The position numbers were made by a program, and so were the translations under genes. Positions 11,451 to 23,955 of a stretch of DNA of 64,000 nt are shown here, in pieces (the first letter of the stretch is position 1; every line of letters begins with the position of its first letter). Source of the stretch: Chara braunii (taxonomy: Eukaryota > Plantae > Charophyceae); NCBI GenBank assembly GCA_003427395.1, contig BFEA01000025.1, forward strand, positions 1,376,933 to 1,440,932, written 5' to 3'. Under the pieces are notes generated by a model. It searched no databases, was not told the origin of the DNA, and saw only the letters and a list, made by a program, of their open reading frames with translations.

Positions 11451-12714
11451 TGTGACTATGCGCATGTACTCATCATGCACTTAACAATACTTGAGGAGCA
11501 CCAGACGAACCCGGTTATGAATGATCTGCTGCTGCAAAGGGAATGACACGCACACTCGGAAACATCCAGGAATGAATGGGACGATAAGGAAAGACCTGGA
11601 CGTGTTAATGCACCAGTTTCGTTCATTGTTGAGAGCACCTCCATTGAGTAAGAGACAGGAGTGCACAAAGAGAACATAAGGAAGGGAAGACTAGCCAGGC
11701 TGTAAACCGTGAACAGATGCAGGCGAGAGGCAGACAATCATACGGAACATCAGGAAAAGAACCTGGACAAGATCGTGTGTCAGGTTTGTTACACCCTCTG
11801 GTCACGCACTGGGTCACACTTGCATGTTTCAAGTGGGAGCACGGGGATTATTCCCCACCAAAGTCAAACAAACTCAACGCACAAGAGGAATACATAGTTG
11901 CGCAGGAATGCGAAAGGGCTCGTCAGACACTCCTCGGGGACGCAAAATCCCGAAGGAATTGTTCGCTCCACCTATCCTCGGGGATGCAATCAGAAAACAA
12001 CAGTGAAAACACTCATAGGACTTTCCCCAACCATTTCTTCCTATTGCCCAAGGAACCTCGCGAGGTCCCTTGGGCACAAGGATCCGCGTTTCACCGAGAG
12101 GAGAGGGCACATGCGTAGAGAGACGTTACAGCTGAGAATCTGGATCGTGGCCGCACCCTATTGGTTGAAGGCCTGAAGCACAATTGTTTTTTTTCTTTTT
12201 TCTTTTTTCTTTTTTCTTTTTTCTTTTCTGACATCTCTCTTAGGGAGTGTCCTCGGGCAACGTCCCCTAGAACAGGTGGAACCACGGCCAAAATTTCCTT
12301 TTGAACCATTAGGAATTTTTCCTATTGCCCAAGGATTTCTAAGAGAGTGTCTAATGGCGCCCTAAGACGAACACAGAGCAGGGAGGGAAGCGCTGTTGCG
12401 CACCCGATTGCCGCAGCAGGCTTGTGGGACGTCGCGCGCAGATGTCGTTTGATATTTCTGTAGGATTACGTGGAAATGCCACGTGTCCTTACGGGACAGC
12501 GTTGGGTTGGTGCATGATTGGATGAGAAATCGTGATTGAGAGTCATAGCCATTTTTTGTCTTCGAAGCAAAGACGATGCTCAACTCATGAGCGCTTTGTT
12601 TAATGATACAACATTGGGTCAACAAAAGTTGCTTTATCAGATTTGCTGACTTAAAGATTTCACGGTATTCGACTAATCGCGGTGGTGAGCTTCTGTGAGG
12701 TCTATGACGATTGC

Positions 12715-12960
12715 CTACTCATAGGTCAGTTTTGCTTGATTTGGTGCAGACGGCGCGTGATAATCTCCATTGCTAGATCAATGACGACTGGCTATTCACA
12801 CTGCTATGAGGATGGTGAATGACATTCCCCTTCGATAGGTCAGCGCCGTTCTTTTCGGCGGTGTGTGACATTCCCCATTGATAGGTCAGCGCTGGTTGAT
12901 TTGGCGGTCCTCAATTGTTAGTCAATGCTGTTTGATTTAGTGGTTGTAGTAGGTCAATGA
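12715..12960. repeat. Short degenerate tandem repeat (ATAGGTCAG...GATTTGG)
   Basis: About four diverged copies. Confidence 0.5.
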
Positions 12961-13584
12961 AGATTGACCACTCACACTGCTACGTCAACAATGTTGGTCT
13001 AGTGTATGTCGCTGAATTTCATGGCTGAGTTGAGTTTGTGGATATTTATTGGCTTCCTTCGAAGAGCGGTAAGCATCTGTTGACGGCGAGTGACACTTCG
13101 AGTGTTAGAGGTTTTCTATACCAGGACAAGATGGTGATTGTGCCAGAGTCGCTTTGGTCTTGAAATCATCATTGAATGAAGGACGGTAGGCAAAGAGTCT
13201 CGATTCCCTGTCCTTTAGTGTCTGTCATCATTCGACAATGCTAAACTGGGAAATCCAGAGCAACGAAGACCAGAGTGTTTAGTTTTGACGACAGAGGGTC
13301 ATTGAGACCATGAGTGGTCGAGGGGGTCGATTTTAGTACACAAGATCGTCAAGATCGTCAGAGTGGTTCTACAGGGAGGACGGGAATCACCGGGGTTCTG
13401 AGTTCAAGCACAAGTCAAGGAAGAAGCATCGAGCGACTGAAGAGAGCTTCCTTCATGAGTGAAGTGCTTCCTCCAGCCTGACAACTTCCCCTACACTTTT
13501 CCCATCCTCTTCGTCACCAGTCAGTCCATCAAATTTATCTCATACATATTTATACATAATACATAATTTATAATTATTTTTTCA

Positions 13585-16500
13585 TTGTTTTCACAAAACA
13601 AAATGATAAGGACAGTTCGGCATCAGAGAGCTCACAGGCATGTTGATTCTATGTTGATGTTTCGTGGGGCAATGCGACAGTTGGCAGCAAAACAGTTGCA
13701 CACGCCTATCAGAATGTCGATACAAAGCGGGCTGAAAAAACAGCTTTTACAATCAGCAGCTTGTGATTGCTCTGATGACGAGGTCCTCACAGAAGAGGAA
13801 AAATTGCAGAGAGACAAAAAATTTTTGGCCCTAAAGAACCGCAGAACAGATACGAAAGGGGAAAGAAGGAACAAAGAGGTGGTGAGCACTCACGGATCTT
13901 CGATGATCTCTCTTTTATCAACCAACGTGGGCGTGGGGGGAAGGGCGAATTTGGGGATGGGAAGTAAAATGACGAACAATCCCCTTTTCACAGGAGAAAT
14001 AATTAATCCTCTAACAATGAAGGGGAATGATGATCTGAGTCTTGCATGTCATGTCGAAGAGATTTCCTCGGTGGATAATGACGACTTTCCTCCTCTCCAG
14101 AGTTCAGGGGCAAAAAGAGGAATGGATGAAGGGGGAGAAAGACTGATTGAAGGATTTAATGATGGAAAGGGGAATGAGGAACGTGATGGGGAAAAAAAAG
14201 AAACACAAGGAGGAGGGAGTGGAAGGAAGGAAGGGAGGGAGACCGAAAGGGAGAAAGAAGGGGGAGGGGAAAGAAGAGGGGGGAACTCGACAGAGGAGGA
14301 AAGACAGGAGATGGGAAGAGCAGAAGGAAAGGAAGTGGCCTCAACTTCGACTGCTACTTCCTGGCTTCAGAAAACAAAGGGTCCTTTTCAAACGAAATCG
14401 TTGGAAGTAAAGAAACAGGGGCCGCAGGCGCAATCATTACTCATCCCCCTGGCAAATGTACCAACTGGCAGGGCCTTCTTTATTTCAAAATTTATCAGTC
14501 CCTCAGAAAAGAGGGTGGTAGATAATGGGGGGAAGAAGTTCATGATTAAAATGTACCCTGCGCAGAAAGTGGCAGAAAGGGATATGATATATCAATCCCA
14601 TGCCAATAATTGGGTTTTCTATGATGACGCAACGTACAAATCAGTAAATGAAAAAAAAAAATGGATTATCAAACGACTTATGCATTTGAAAGGGAGTATT
14701 GAAGCAGTAAATGAAGATTTTTTAATTCAACCGGTCTCGTCTACTACTTTTACAGTTTTAAGTGTTTACACAGCTGACAAGACTCAAATTGATAGCTGGA
14801 AAAAGCTACGTTGTGATAGGTCAAAGGTCCGCATTTATCCTTGGTCTCCCCAAAAGCAAGGTCCGGACGATAGACGAAGGCAAATGATGGAGGAAAATTT
14901 CTGGGTGGAATTTCGCCATATTCCGATTGAATTTCAGGGGGCGTTTTTGCATGACTTTGGGGAAAACCATGAAATTGTGGATTTTATTGACCCTCTACCA
15001 GCGTATGCTGCAAAGAGGGATAATTATTTGATGATCGCAATTAATCATCTCTCTAATATCCCTTTCAATATTGACGACGTGATTCCCTACAGAGTAGGGG
15101 GGCGAGAGTATTATATTCACACTTCACACAAACTGCACTCGTGGTGCTTTCGCTGTAAAGCTTACGGGCATCTCTATTTGGATCCATCGTGTGAACATAA
15201 CCCTGCACGCAGACAAAAATCAACGGGGAGACTGATTAGGGATCCATTTAAGTCTAATCTGTGGAGGACAGTAGACTCTGGGCATGAAGGATGGGTGTTT
15301 GTGGAAAACCCAGGCAAGGGTCAGGGTCCCAGAGGGTGGACGTGGGAAAGGCAGGGAGAACCGCACTGGGAATCTAAACCCCCAGACATCTGGTCCCCAC
15401 CGGCCTCAGCACCCCCTGTACAACAACAACAAACAACATAGAAATCCGCGGAAAATAATGCGGGATCTCAGAAAGGTGTACAGGTACCCCAGAAGCCGAA
15501 GTCCGATAAGAGTCCTACATCACAAAATGATCAAGGTCATGAACGGGCAGTAAAAGGGCCTGATCAGATTTCAGCCTCGCAGAATGGTCAAGGCTCTGAA
15601 CAGGTAGTAGTAAGGTCTGTTCAGAGTTCTGAATCACAGTCTGGTAAAGGTCCTGGCGAGCAGATATCAATTGGCCAGGGATCTGAGCAAATAATGACGG
15701 GCTCGAGCCCTTCTCAGTCGGGCTCCCATTCATTAGGACCGGACCCTAACGACTATATGGAACTGGTTGACAATAAAGATCCTAAAAAGGAAGGGGGAGG
15801 TGAGATGGAAGTTGCCAGTCAGGATATGGAACAAGACCNNNNNNNNNNNNNNNNNNNNNNNNNNNNNNNNNNNNNNNNNNNNNNNNNNNNNNNNNNNNNN
15901 NNNNNNNNNNNNNNNNNNNNNNNNNNNNNNNNNNNNNNNNNNNNNNNNNNNNNNNNNNNNNNNNNNNNNNNNNNNNNNNNNNNNNNNNNNNNNNNNNNNN
16001 NNNNNNNNNNNNNNNNNNNNNNNNNNNNNNNNNNNNNNNNNNNNNNNNNNNNNNNNNNNNNNNNNNNNNNNNNNNNNNNNNNNNNNNNNNNNNNNNNNNN
16101 NNNNNNNNNNNNNNNNNNNNNNNNNNNNNNNNNNNNNNNNNNNNNNNNNNNNNNNNNNNNNNNNNNNNNNNNNNNNNNNNNNNNNNNNNNNNNNNNNNNN
16201 NNNNNNNNNNNNNNNNNNNNNNNNNNNNNNNNNNNNNNNNNNNNNNNNNNNNNNNNNNNNNNNNNNNNNNNNNNNNNNNNNNNNNNNNNNNNNNNNNNNN
16301 NNNCGAGGGAGTTCCGACTGATCTTATTGATCCTTTTAGAGAAGCTTTTGGCCCAGCTCCTGTGGAGCTAACTCAGTTCGATGATTTTCAGAAATCCAAT
16401 GGTTCTCTGATGGTTGATATGTCAGTCCCAACCAATGGCAACGAGCAGATACAGATCTCAGCCCCAGATAAGATTTCCCAACTGACGGACTTGATGTTAC

Positions 16501-17297
16501 AGCAATTAAAAATTAATTTTGACTACCTCTCAGGTGATATTATTTTCCAGGAATCCCACAACACTCTGTCCCCGATACCTCGAGGGGATGAAATAATCAT
16601 GTATCAACACAAAGAAGAAGTGACCAATGGGTCCTTGCAGCAAGAGAATGATCAGTCAATCATTCCTATTGAGGAAAAGAAAAAGAGGACTTCGCAGCAA
16701 AGAATGGTCTCCTTAAAATCGACAAATGCACAAAGTCAAATTGAGGGTTTGGTTTCCTTTCCAGTTCCGATAACACAAGAAATGGGGAAAAGACAAAAAC
16801 TAAGGAATATGCTGGAACGGGGACGGGCGGTTAAACCGCCAAACGTAAAAGGGAATCTAGTGATACCTGTGAGAAAGAGGAATGGGAAGTGGGAGTTTGG
16901 TCTCTCCCCGATAGGACAAGACCAGTATGGGGGTGTCACGTTAAGGGGATGGACAACACATACAGAGTATCAGACAGCTAACGACCGAATGTTCAAAAAA
17001 GATTTACAAGATTTCTTATCCAAACACTATGACCTGGGTCCACAGGCCATTCTCATGGAAGTTGGGGACAAAGCTCTGATGACTAAGAGAGATGTCTTTG
17101 TCCGCTTTGAGGAACACAAGGAAGCAGGCCTTAAGTGGTATTCTCATACTGCCCTCTTGGATCTGCAATGCCTTAAGGTAAAGGCCAATTCTGTGTAGTC
17201 GGTAGCTGATGTGGCATCCTTTTGCTGTTCCATTCTTAGAAGAGGAATTCTCCTCTCCTCTTCCGATTTTGACAAGGGAGTTTGTAATAGACTATAG
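13585..17297 (+). pseudogene. LINE ORF1, ~1200 codons (internal stops at 15441 and 17198, N gap)
   Basis: CFRCKAYGHLYLDPSC knuckle, Trp-rich module, conserved C-terminal domain; terminal RL-TAG is at the same position in copy 2. Confidence 0.8.
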
Positions 17298-17352
17298 AAA
17301 GAAGGAAAGATAAATTTTTGATATTTTGATAAATATTTTGATCATATCACTT

Positions 17353-18272
17353 ATGGAGGCTCTTCATGCTTTTTATGGTAGAAATCCGGCATGACACCGT
17401 GCTACACAGGCAGCAAATCTGGATATCAGATCGCTCAATGTAAACGGACTAGCCACGGCTGATGGGGAAAAGAGAAGAGCCTTGATAGAACAACTGAAAG
17501 GAGTAGGGGGACGTATGTGGCCAGACCTTATTTGTATCCAAGAGACGCATCTTACGGAAGCTCTTATTCATGTGAGAGCCCAAAATTTGGTTTGGCCACA
17601 TACTAAGTACTACTCACCATCTCAACGCAGTGGTTCGGGGGGAGTGGTCATTTGGGTTCCACCGGAATCAAGAGTGGAAATCATACAATGGTCAGATGAT
17701 AAAAGTCATGGTAGATGGGTGTCTGCGTTAATCATGGTAGAACTAGGAGTCATATGTGTAATAAATGTGTATGGACAAATGATGTTCAATAAAGAGTGAA
17801 TTTCTTCCAAAAAATTAGATCTCAGATGCCAGCAGGTATTCCGATTATCATGGTAGAAGATTTCAATGCTGCTCCGGACAGATGGTTAGATCGTTGGAAA
17901 ATACCTGATCCATGTCCGCCATATGTAGAAATAGATGAAATAATAATTAATTCCCTATGTGAAAATCAACGATTATTTGATACCTATAGAAAAAATTTTC
18001 CACAGGAGAAATTATTTACTTGTATTGGAAATAGTGGAACCCCATCTCAAACGCGCTCCAAAATTGATCTGATATTGATGTCTGATGATCTAGACAGATC
18101 CTTACTGTGGGCGGCAATATTCCTACAAAGCCCTTGGCCGGGGGACGATCATAAGATGTGTGTGGCTCTCCTGTCTTTTTTAAAAAAGATAGACCAAGGG
18201 CGAGGATTTTACAAACTAAACTCTTCTTTACTTAAACAGGGTCAATTTAAGCATTACATTAGAGATGTGTGA
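17353..18272 (+). pseudogene. LINE ORF2 AP endonuclease
   Basis: SLNVNGL, CIQETHL, INVYG, EDFNA, SKIDLIL, DHK motifs; frameshifted. Confidence 0.93.
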
Positions 18273-18789
18273 GCCTTTTGGCATTCGACTAAAGATAGGC
18301 ATGATTCTTATGAGGAATGGTTTAATAATGACTTAGCCTTTTTATCTAAGAAATGTAATGAGTTTTCGAAAATACAAGCCAAAAACAGATATCAACAAGA
18401 AATAAATATACAAGAACAAATTCTAAATTACGAATTATCACATCATTCTGATGATGACCCTCCTCTTACTGATATTCAGGACCTAAAAAAACAATTACTT
18501 TCCTTTGCTCAACATCGTTGGCAAGGTCATTTGATTAGAGGCAAACTAACTAAGTTTGTGACAGACGGACAGATGGATGCTACTTTCTTTTGCTCTAGCT
18601 CGTACATGATCGAGACGCTCCTTAATAAATGGACTTACAGATTCAAGTAGTACGGATCAACTTCTATCCTCATCCTCAGCAGACAGTCTAAAAATAGCAT
18701 ATGATTTCTACAAAAATCTCTTCTCATCTTCCAAGGATCCTGAGGAAACAAAGGAAGATGATTTAGCAATAAACAGTTTCCTTCAACCC

Positions 18790-20300
18790 ATGACACAAAC
18801 ACTCTCCCAGGAACAAAAAAATTTATTAGAAAGACCAATGGAAAAAGAGAAAATTTGGGCAGCATTACTACAGATGGAGGAAGGGAAAACCCCAGGAATT
18901 GATGGCTTGCCAAAAGAATTTTGGGAAATCATGTGGCCAACTTTTGTCTCTGATCTAATGAAATTCTTTAACTCAATCCATGAATCTGGAAAAATGGGGG
19001 AATTTGTGGGACAAGGAATCCTTACACTCATCCATAAAAAGGGGGATAAGACAAACATTAGAAACTACAGGCCGATTACTCTATTAAGTGTGGTTTATAA
19101 AATGTTAGCTAAAGCTTTGGCTAATCGTCTGATCCCTGTGATGGCGGACATTATTCATCCATCTCAAACAGGATTTATCAATGGGAGACATATTCAAGAC
19201 AACATATTACTCATTAACGAATTAATTAAACTATCAAGACAATCAAAGAATAATGTTGCCTTTATTTTTATCGATTTTGAGAAAGCTTATGATCATGTGG
19301 ATTGAGGATTTTTAGATGCTTGCTTAGTTAAAATGAATTTTGGACAAAACTTAAGGAAATGGGTACGTATCCTACATATCCTACATATGAATGCAACCAC
19401 ACGCATTCTTATAAATGGGTTTCTTTCCTCGGAAATCAAACTACAACGGTCGGTCAGACAAGGATATCCATTAGCACCCTTCTTGTTCTTAATCATCATG
19501 GAAGCACTAGGGGTCAATTTGAGGGCAAATAGAAATATAAAAAAATTGAGTATCTCTGGAATCCCTGAGGAAGCCATCCCAATCTCTTCAATGTTTGCTG
19601 ACGATCTTACTGTTATCATGGATGCGACACAAGAGAATATGGTTGAAATCCAAGCGCTAATGAACAGGTTCGCACAAGTCTCAGACATGGTTGTCAACTG
19701 GGGCAATAAAACCCAGGGCTGGTGGATCCACTCTGCAGGAGATAGGCCACCGGAACAACCAAGAGTGAAATGGCTACCTTTAGAAGCACCAGTGCGTGTC
19801 TTGGGGGTCTCCCTAACTGCAGTCGGGAAACCCACCACTCATAATGAGTGGGTAACTAAACCAGCTATTGACAAGATGAATTTATGGAAAAATAAGCATA
19901 TTTCAGTATTTGGGAGAGCTCTTATTATTAACAATGTCATATTGGCTTTTATATGGTATAAAACGGAGTTGTGGTCGTCGAGTAAAATAAGCACTAAAGT
20001 GTTGCAGAGGCAGATCACAACCTTTCTGTGGAGGGGTAATCATGATTTGGACAAGGTTATCCCTAGAGTGGCTTGGAGATATCTGTGCCAACCCAAATCC
20101 AGAGGGGGCCTAGGGATTCTAGACCCTACCCTTCAGTCGCAGGCTTTAGCTTTACAATGGATAAAAAAGTTAATCCTGTCTACTGATTTACCATAGCAAC
20201 CAATGGCCTTAGAACAAATTAGAAGATTAGCACCCCAGGCAAGTGAAGATACTCATCCTCTTTCCTGGATTGAAGATCGATTTTGGACTATCCCTAGAGT
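18790..20300 (+). pseudogene. LINE ORF2 reverse transcriptase
   Basis: KTPGIDGLP, NYRPITLL, QTGFI, IDFEKAYD, VRQGYPLAP, FADD, PKSRGGLG. Confidence 0.96.
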
Positions 20301-23300
20301 GTTAATGGGAAGAAGAGGTTCAGGGGATAGAGAGGAGGCCAGAAGGGATCTAGTTTTGGATAATTTATGGACAAATCTTTTTCATAGGTAGATGACCCAA
20401 GTTCCTTTGAGGGTTCCGGCGATGGCTCTCAGTAGGTTCTACCAGCTTCTCCTCAACCTTCTCTTTTCCCTTGTCCTTCTTCAAGATCGGGCAAAACTTG
20501 TCTGAACTTTCTGCCCGCTCCCTGAACACATTCAAATGTGCGCTAGATACTGGCTCTCTCCATCTAACTCCGTCTAGTTCATCGAGCAAGTTAAGCCCCT
20601 GCTTCTAGTCTATTGACCACACGGTAGGACCCCATCCACCGGTTCGCTAGTTTTTCCGACCATGTTCTTTCTAGAGAGGAATCGTAGAGTAAGACTAGAC
20701 TCCCAACGAGTATACCTTCTAACCTAACTCGAAGGTTTTTATCCCACCTTTCCTTGTCTTTTCCCCTTTGGACTTTCAGTCTTTCTACGGCTTCCCGGGA
20801 AGTATCCTCCAGTGTCTTAGTTATTTGCCTAATTCTGGCGCTTAGTAACTGCTCCCTAGTCGATACCCCTTCCCAGTCAATCCTCGTCCGCGAGTATATA
20901 TGAAACTCTATGGGTAAGGGACAGTGCCTCCCGAACCATAAGGTGTAGGGTGGGTACCCAGTGGTGGCTCGGACAGTAATGTCATCCGCCCAGACTGCAA
21001 ATCTCATATATTTTTCCACTCCGTCTCTTTACCCATGCACCATTTGGCAAGCGCATTCACTAGAGATTGATGTCCCCTTTCAACAGGGGTGAGTCTGAGG
21101 ATGGTACGTCGTGAACAAGGACACTCGAATCCTTGCTTTTTGGAGTAAGGTCTGGACTTCCTTAGCCATGAACTCCGACCCTCTGTCCATAACGATTTTC
21201 CCTCCACATCTGTAACGAGTGATATACTCTGTTAGGTACTCGATGAACGCTTTCCCCGTTTTTTGACACAACGCATGCTTCTACAAATCCAATTAAGTCA
21301 TCTCTGATATCCATGATATAATTCATTCCTCCTTTACCTTTGGGCACCTTGACTAAGTCCACATGAACTTTTTGTCCCACCACAGTTGGATAAAGAGGGA
21401 ACAACGGTTCCTTGTATTTAACTACAACGGTTTTCTAACACTCCATGCATGTCTGGCAGTAGGACTCTACATCTCTGTACAAGTTGTCCCACCAGTAAAG
21501 ATTCATGACCTTCTCAAAGGTCCCTTTTACTCCTCTATGCCCTCCAACGATCCCATCGTGAAGCTCGCCGATTATCTCCTTATGCTCTCCCTCATCGCAT
21601 ACTACCCTCATCGATATACCGTTTTTAGGTGGTCTCTTATAAAGGTGGTCTGCCTTAAGGTAGTACTGCCGAGCTTCCTTCCTGAGCTTATCACGACCTT
21701 CATCTCCCCTAAGAGATATCGTCATATTTTGTGGTACTTATCGATATAGAGGTTTTCTAGGAACGAAGTGGTGTCACTAGTACTAGGCTCCATCTTTTCC
21801 GAGTCTATCTCCATCTCTAAATAACTTATCGATGCCCCAGTCGATGCTAAGTCCCCTTCTTTTAACGTGATCTGCGAAAACCCATCCGCCACGACGTTCC
21901 TGACCCCGGATATGCGCCCAACTACATAGTCAAACATCCTTATGTGCATAAGCCATCTGGTTATCGTAGGGTCCATCAGAGAGAAGTCCTTCTGTAATAC
22001 GACAACTATCGCCGTAGAGTCGACCCGCAAAATGAACCTCCGCCCGTAGATATAGTGTTTAAAGACGTTTAGGCAATGCAACACCCCAAGAACTTCCTTC
22101 TTAAACTGAGAATATTCTCTCTTGGTGGCATTCAGCGTTTTACTTTCAAACCTAAGGGGTATTTCTCTATCACCAAAGTCTTTCTGAGCTAAGACCCCAC
22201 CTACGGATGTTGGCCTAGCGTCAGTACATACTACAAACGACCTTTTCTCCTCGTCGTCGAAATAAGGGACTCCAAGGACTTGCCCTCCTTCCCTAAACTC
22301 ATCCTTCAAGATCTTCACCGCGTCCTTTTGTACACTCGTCCATTTCTACTCCTCGCCTTTGCACAATAGTCTTCTTATAGGATCGACCTTTTCCTCATAT
22401 CCTTTTACGAAGTTCTTCCAGAACCCAACTACCCCTAAGAGCTGGCGTATATCCGTAATATGTTGCAGCGGCGTAGGCCAATTCATAAGCTTTTCTAGTT
22501 TGGCGGGTCCGACCGCTTGCCATTTTTATCGCAAATATAACCCAATATCTTAATGGAGTATACTGACCATCTTCTTTTGGTCTCACTCATCGTGAGATTC
22601 GCGTCTTCCAACTTCATTAACACCTTTTTGGTGTTATCAGTGTGGGCTGCGATGAAATTCCTTACCCCGAGTCTCACCTTGGTCTCATCCTTCTCGTACG
22701 ACCATTTGATTGGAAAGTCGTCTAGGAAAATTTTCACCAGATTTCGTATAAGTTCCCCCAATATTGAGACCATCGCCCTTTGAAAGACCGCAACTGCATT
22801 ATTTCATCCCATCGGTACCACCATCATCTGGACTAATCCTAATAGCGTGTGCATCACAGTCAGGTGCCGATCTCTATAGTCTTGTGAAATTTCATCGTAC
22901 CCTGAGAAAAGATCGCAGACGGAGTAGATAGAACGCCCCGCCGATCCGTCGGCCAGAAGATCCGGGTTTGGAATAAATCCAACATCTCTAACCGTGACTT
23001 TATTTATTTTCTGCAGGTCTTGTATCCATCGCAACTTCGCGTTCGACTTCCTTATGAAGAACCACCCGTTTGCATAGACGCTCTCACACGGTTTAGTTGC
23101 TAATGTCCTGATCTTTTCCTTCAAGAAGTCCACTATCATCTCCTTTTTTTTCTTAGCATAATTCCATCCCATGTCATTCCACGGCACATGCGAAGCCGTA
23201 TAGATCCTCGCTGGTTTAGCATATTATCATAGATCTATTTGTCCCCTCTCCGCATCGCAGAAAGCTATCGCCTTATCACAAACCCTTAACGTCTCGATTA

Positions 23301-23445
23301 TCAGTTCCCTTTCTTCCTCGGTTATATTCCCATCGTCTATGTCCATTCCTTTCAACCTCTCGTTAGTGATTCATTGCCCTTCAGTGGCTTTTCGTTCCCT
23401 AATCAACTGAGTTATTTTCTCCTCAGTGATCCCTATCTCCCCGGT
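20301..23445 (-). mobile_element. Gypsy element B, RT-RNase H-integrase segment
   Basis: QDLQKIN, DLFSGY, FLDD; TDA...FESK...KE; HDGIVGGH...CQTC; VHVDLV, DRGSEF, VERGH, WMGSY. Confidence 0.93.
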
Positions 23446-23473
23446 CCTATCACGACGAACTGCAGCCGGCTCG

Positions 23474-23951
23474 TTGGGGGCATGGCCAACCCCAAAAGAG
23501 AGCGGGGTCGGCCATAGGCCTACTGGATAGAAGATTTTTAGTATTTTACTTGCTGCTGTGCAATTATCGCATTGGGTGGAGCCCTCCTTCAATCACGGAG
23601 TATATGGAGAGTGTCAGGACTGTCTCTTATACACATCTAGATGTGTATAAGAGACAGGTATATGGAGAGTGTCAGGATCACTGCTGACAGAAGTTGAGTT
23701 TATTCCAGAAAATGTGGCAGTTACTTTCTGCACTGTTGTTGCAACCACCACCATCAGATCATTTGTGATCTGATGGNTGGNAAGCACTCTGCCGTGATCT
23801 CAGGTGGGAGGTCTCTGTTTTTTTTTTTTTTTTTTTGCCTTTCTCCTGTTTTCTCGCCCCAGAAATTCGTAATGAACCTGTCAGGTCGCTGCCACTCAGT
23901 GTCACACTGGATCGGCCACACTCCTATCGGACTGCTAATGGGACCACACCC
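23474..23951 (+). mobile_element. Right half of a split PIF/Harbinger-type MITE
   Basis: Closely matches ~52936-53355; ends in TIR followed by CAG. Confidence 0.85.
23620..23657. other. Nextera mate-pair junction adapter (assembly artefact)
   Basis: Exact CTGTCTCTTATACACATCT+AGATGTGTATAAGAGACAG, flanked by a 20-bp duplication, absent from the paralogous MITE at ~53070. Confidence 0.97.
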
Positions 23952-23955
23952 CAGA

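Larger units (their letters stand above)
13500..20300 (+). mobile_element. L1/Tx1-like LINE copy 1, cut at ~20300
   Basis: ORF1 with zinc knuckle followed by ORF2 with AP endonuclease and RT; 5' end approximate. Confidence 0.93.

Noticed and set aside
17198-17480. ORF1-ORF2 fusion into a single LINE polyprotein
   Set aside because: Frames are continuous in copy 2, but both copies share a TAG at the same position and copy 1 has an ATG in another frame just downstream, which favours two ORFs
23620-23657. Miniature transposon or Tn5 horizontal transfer
   Set aside because: Exact Nextera junction adapter, no transposase, absent in the paralogous copy
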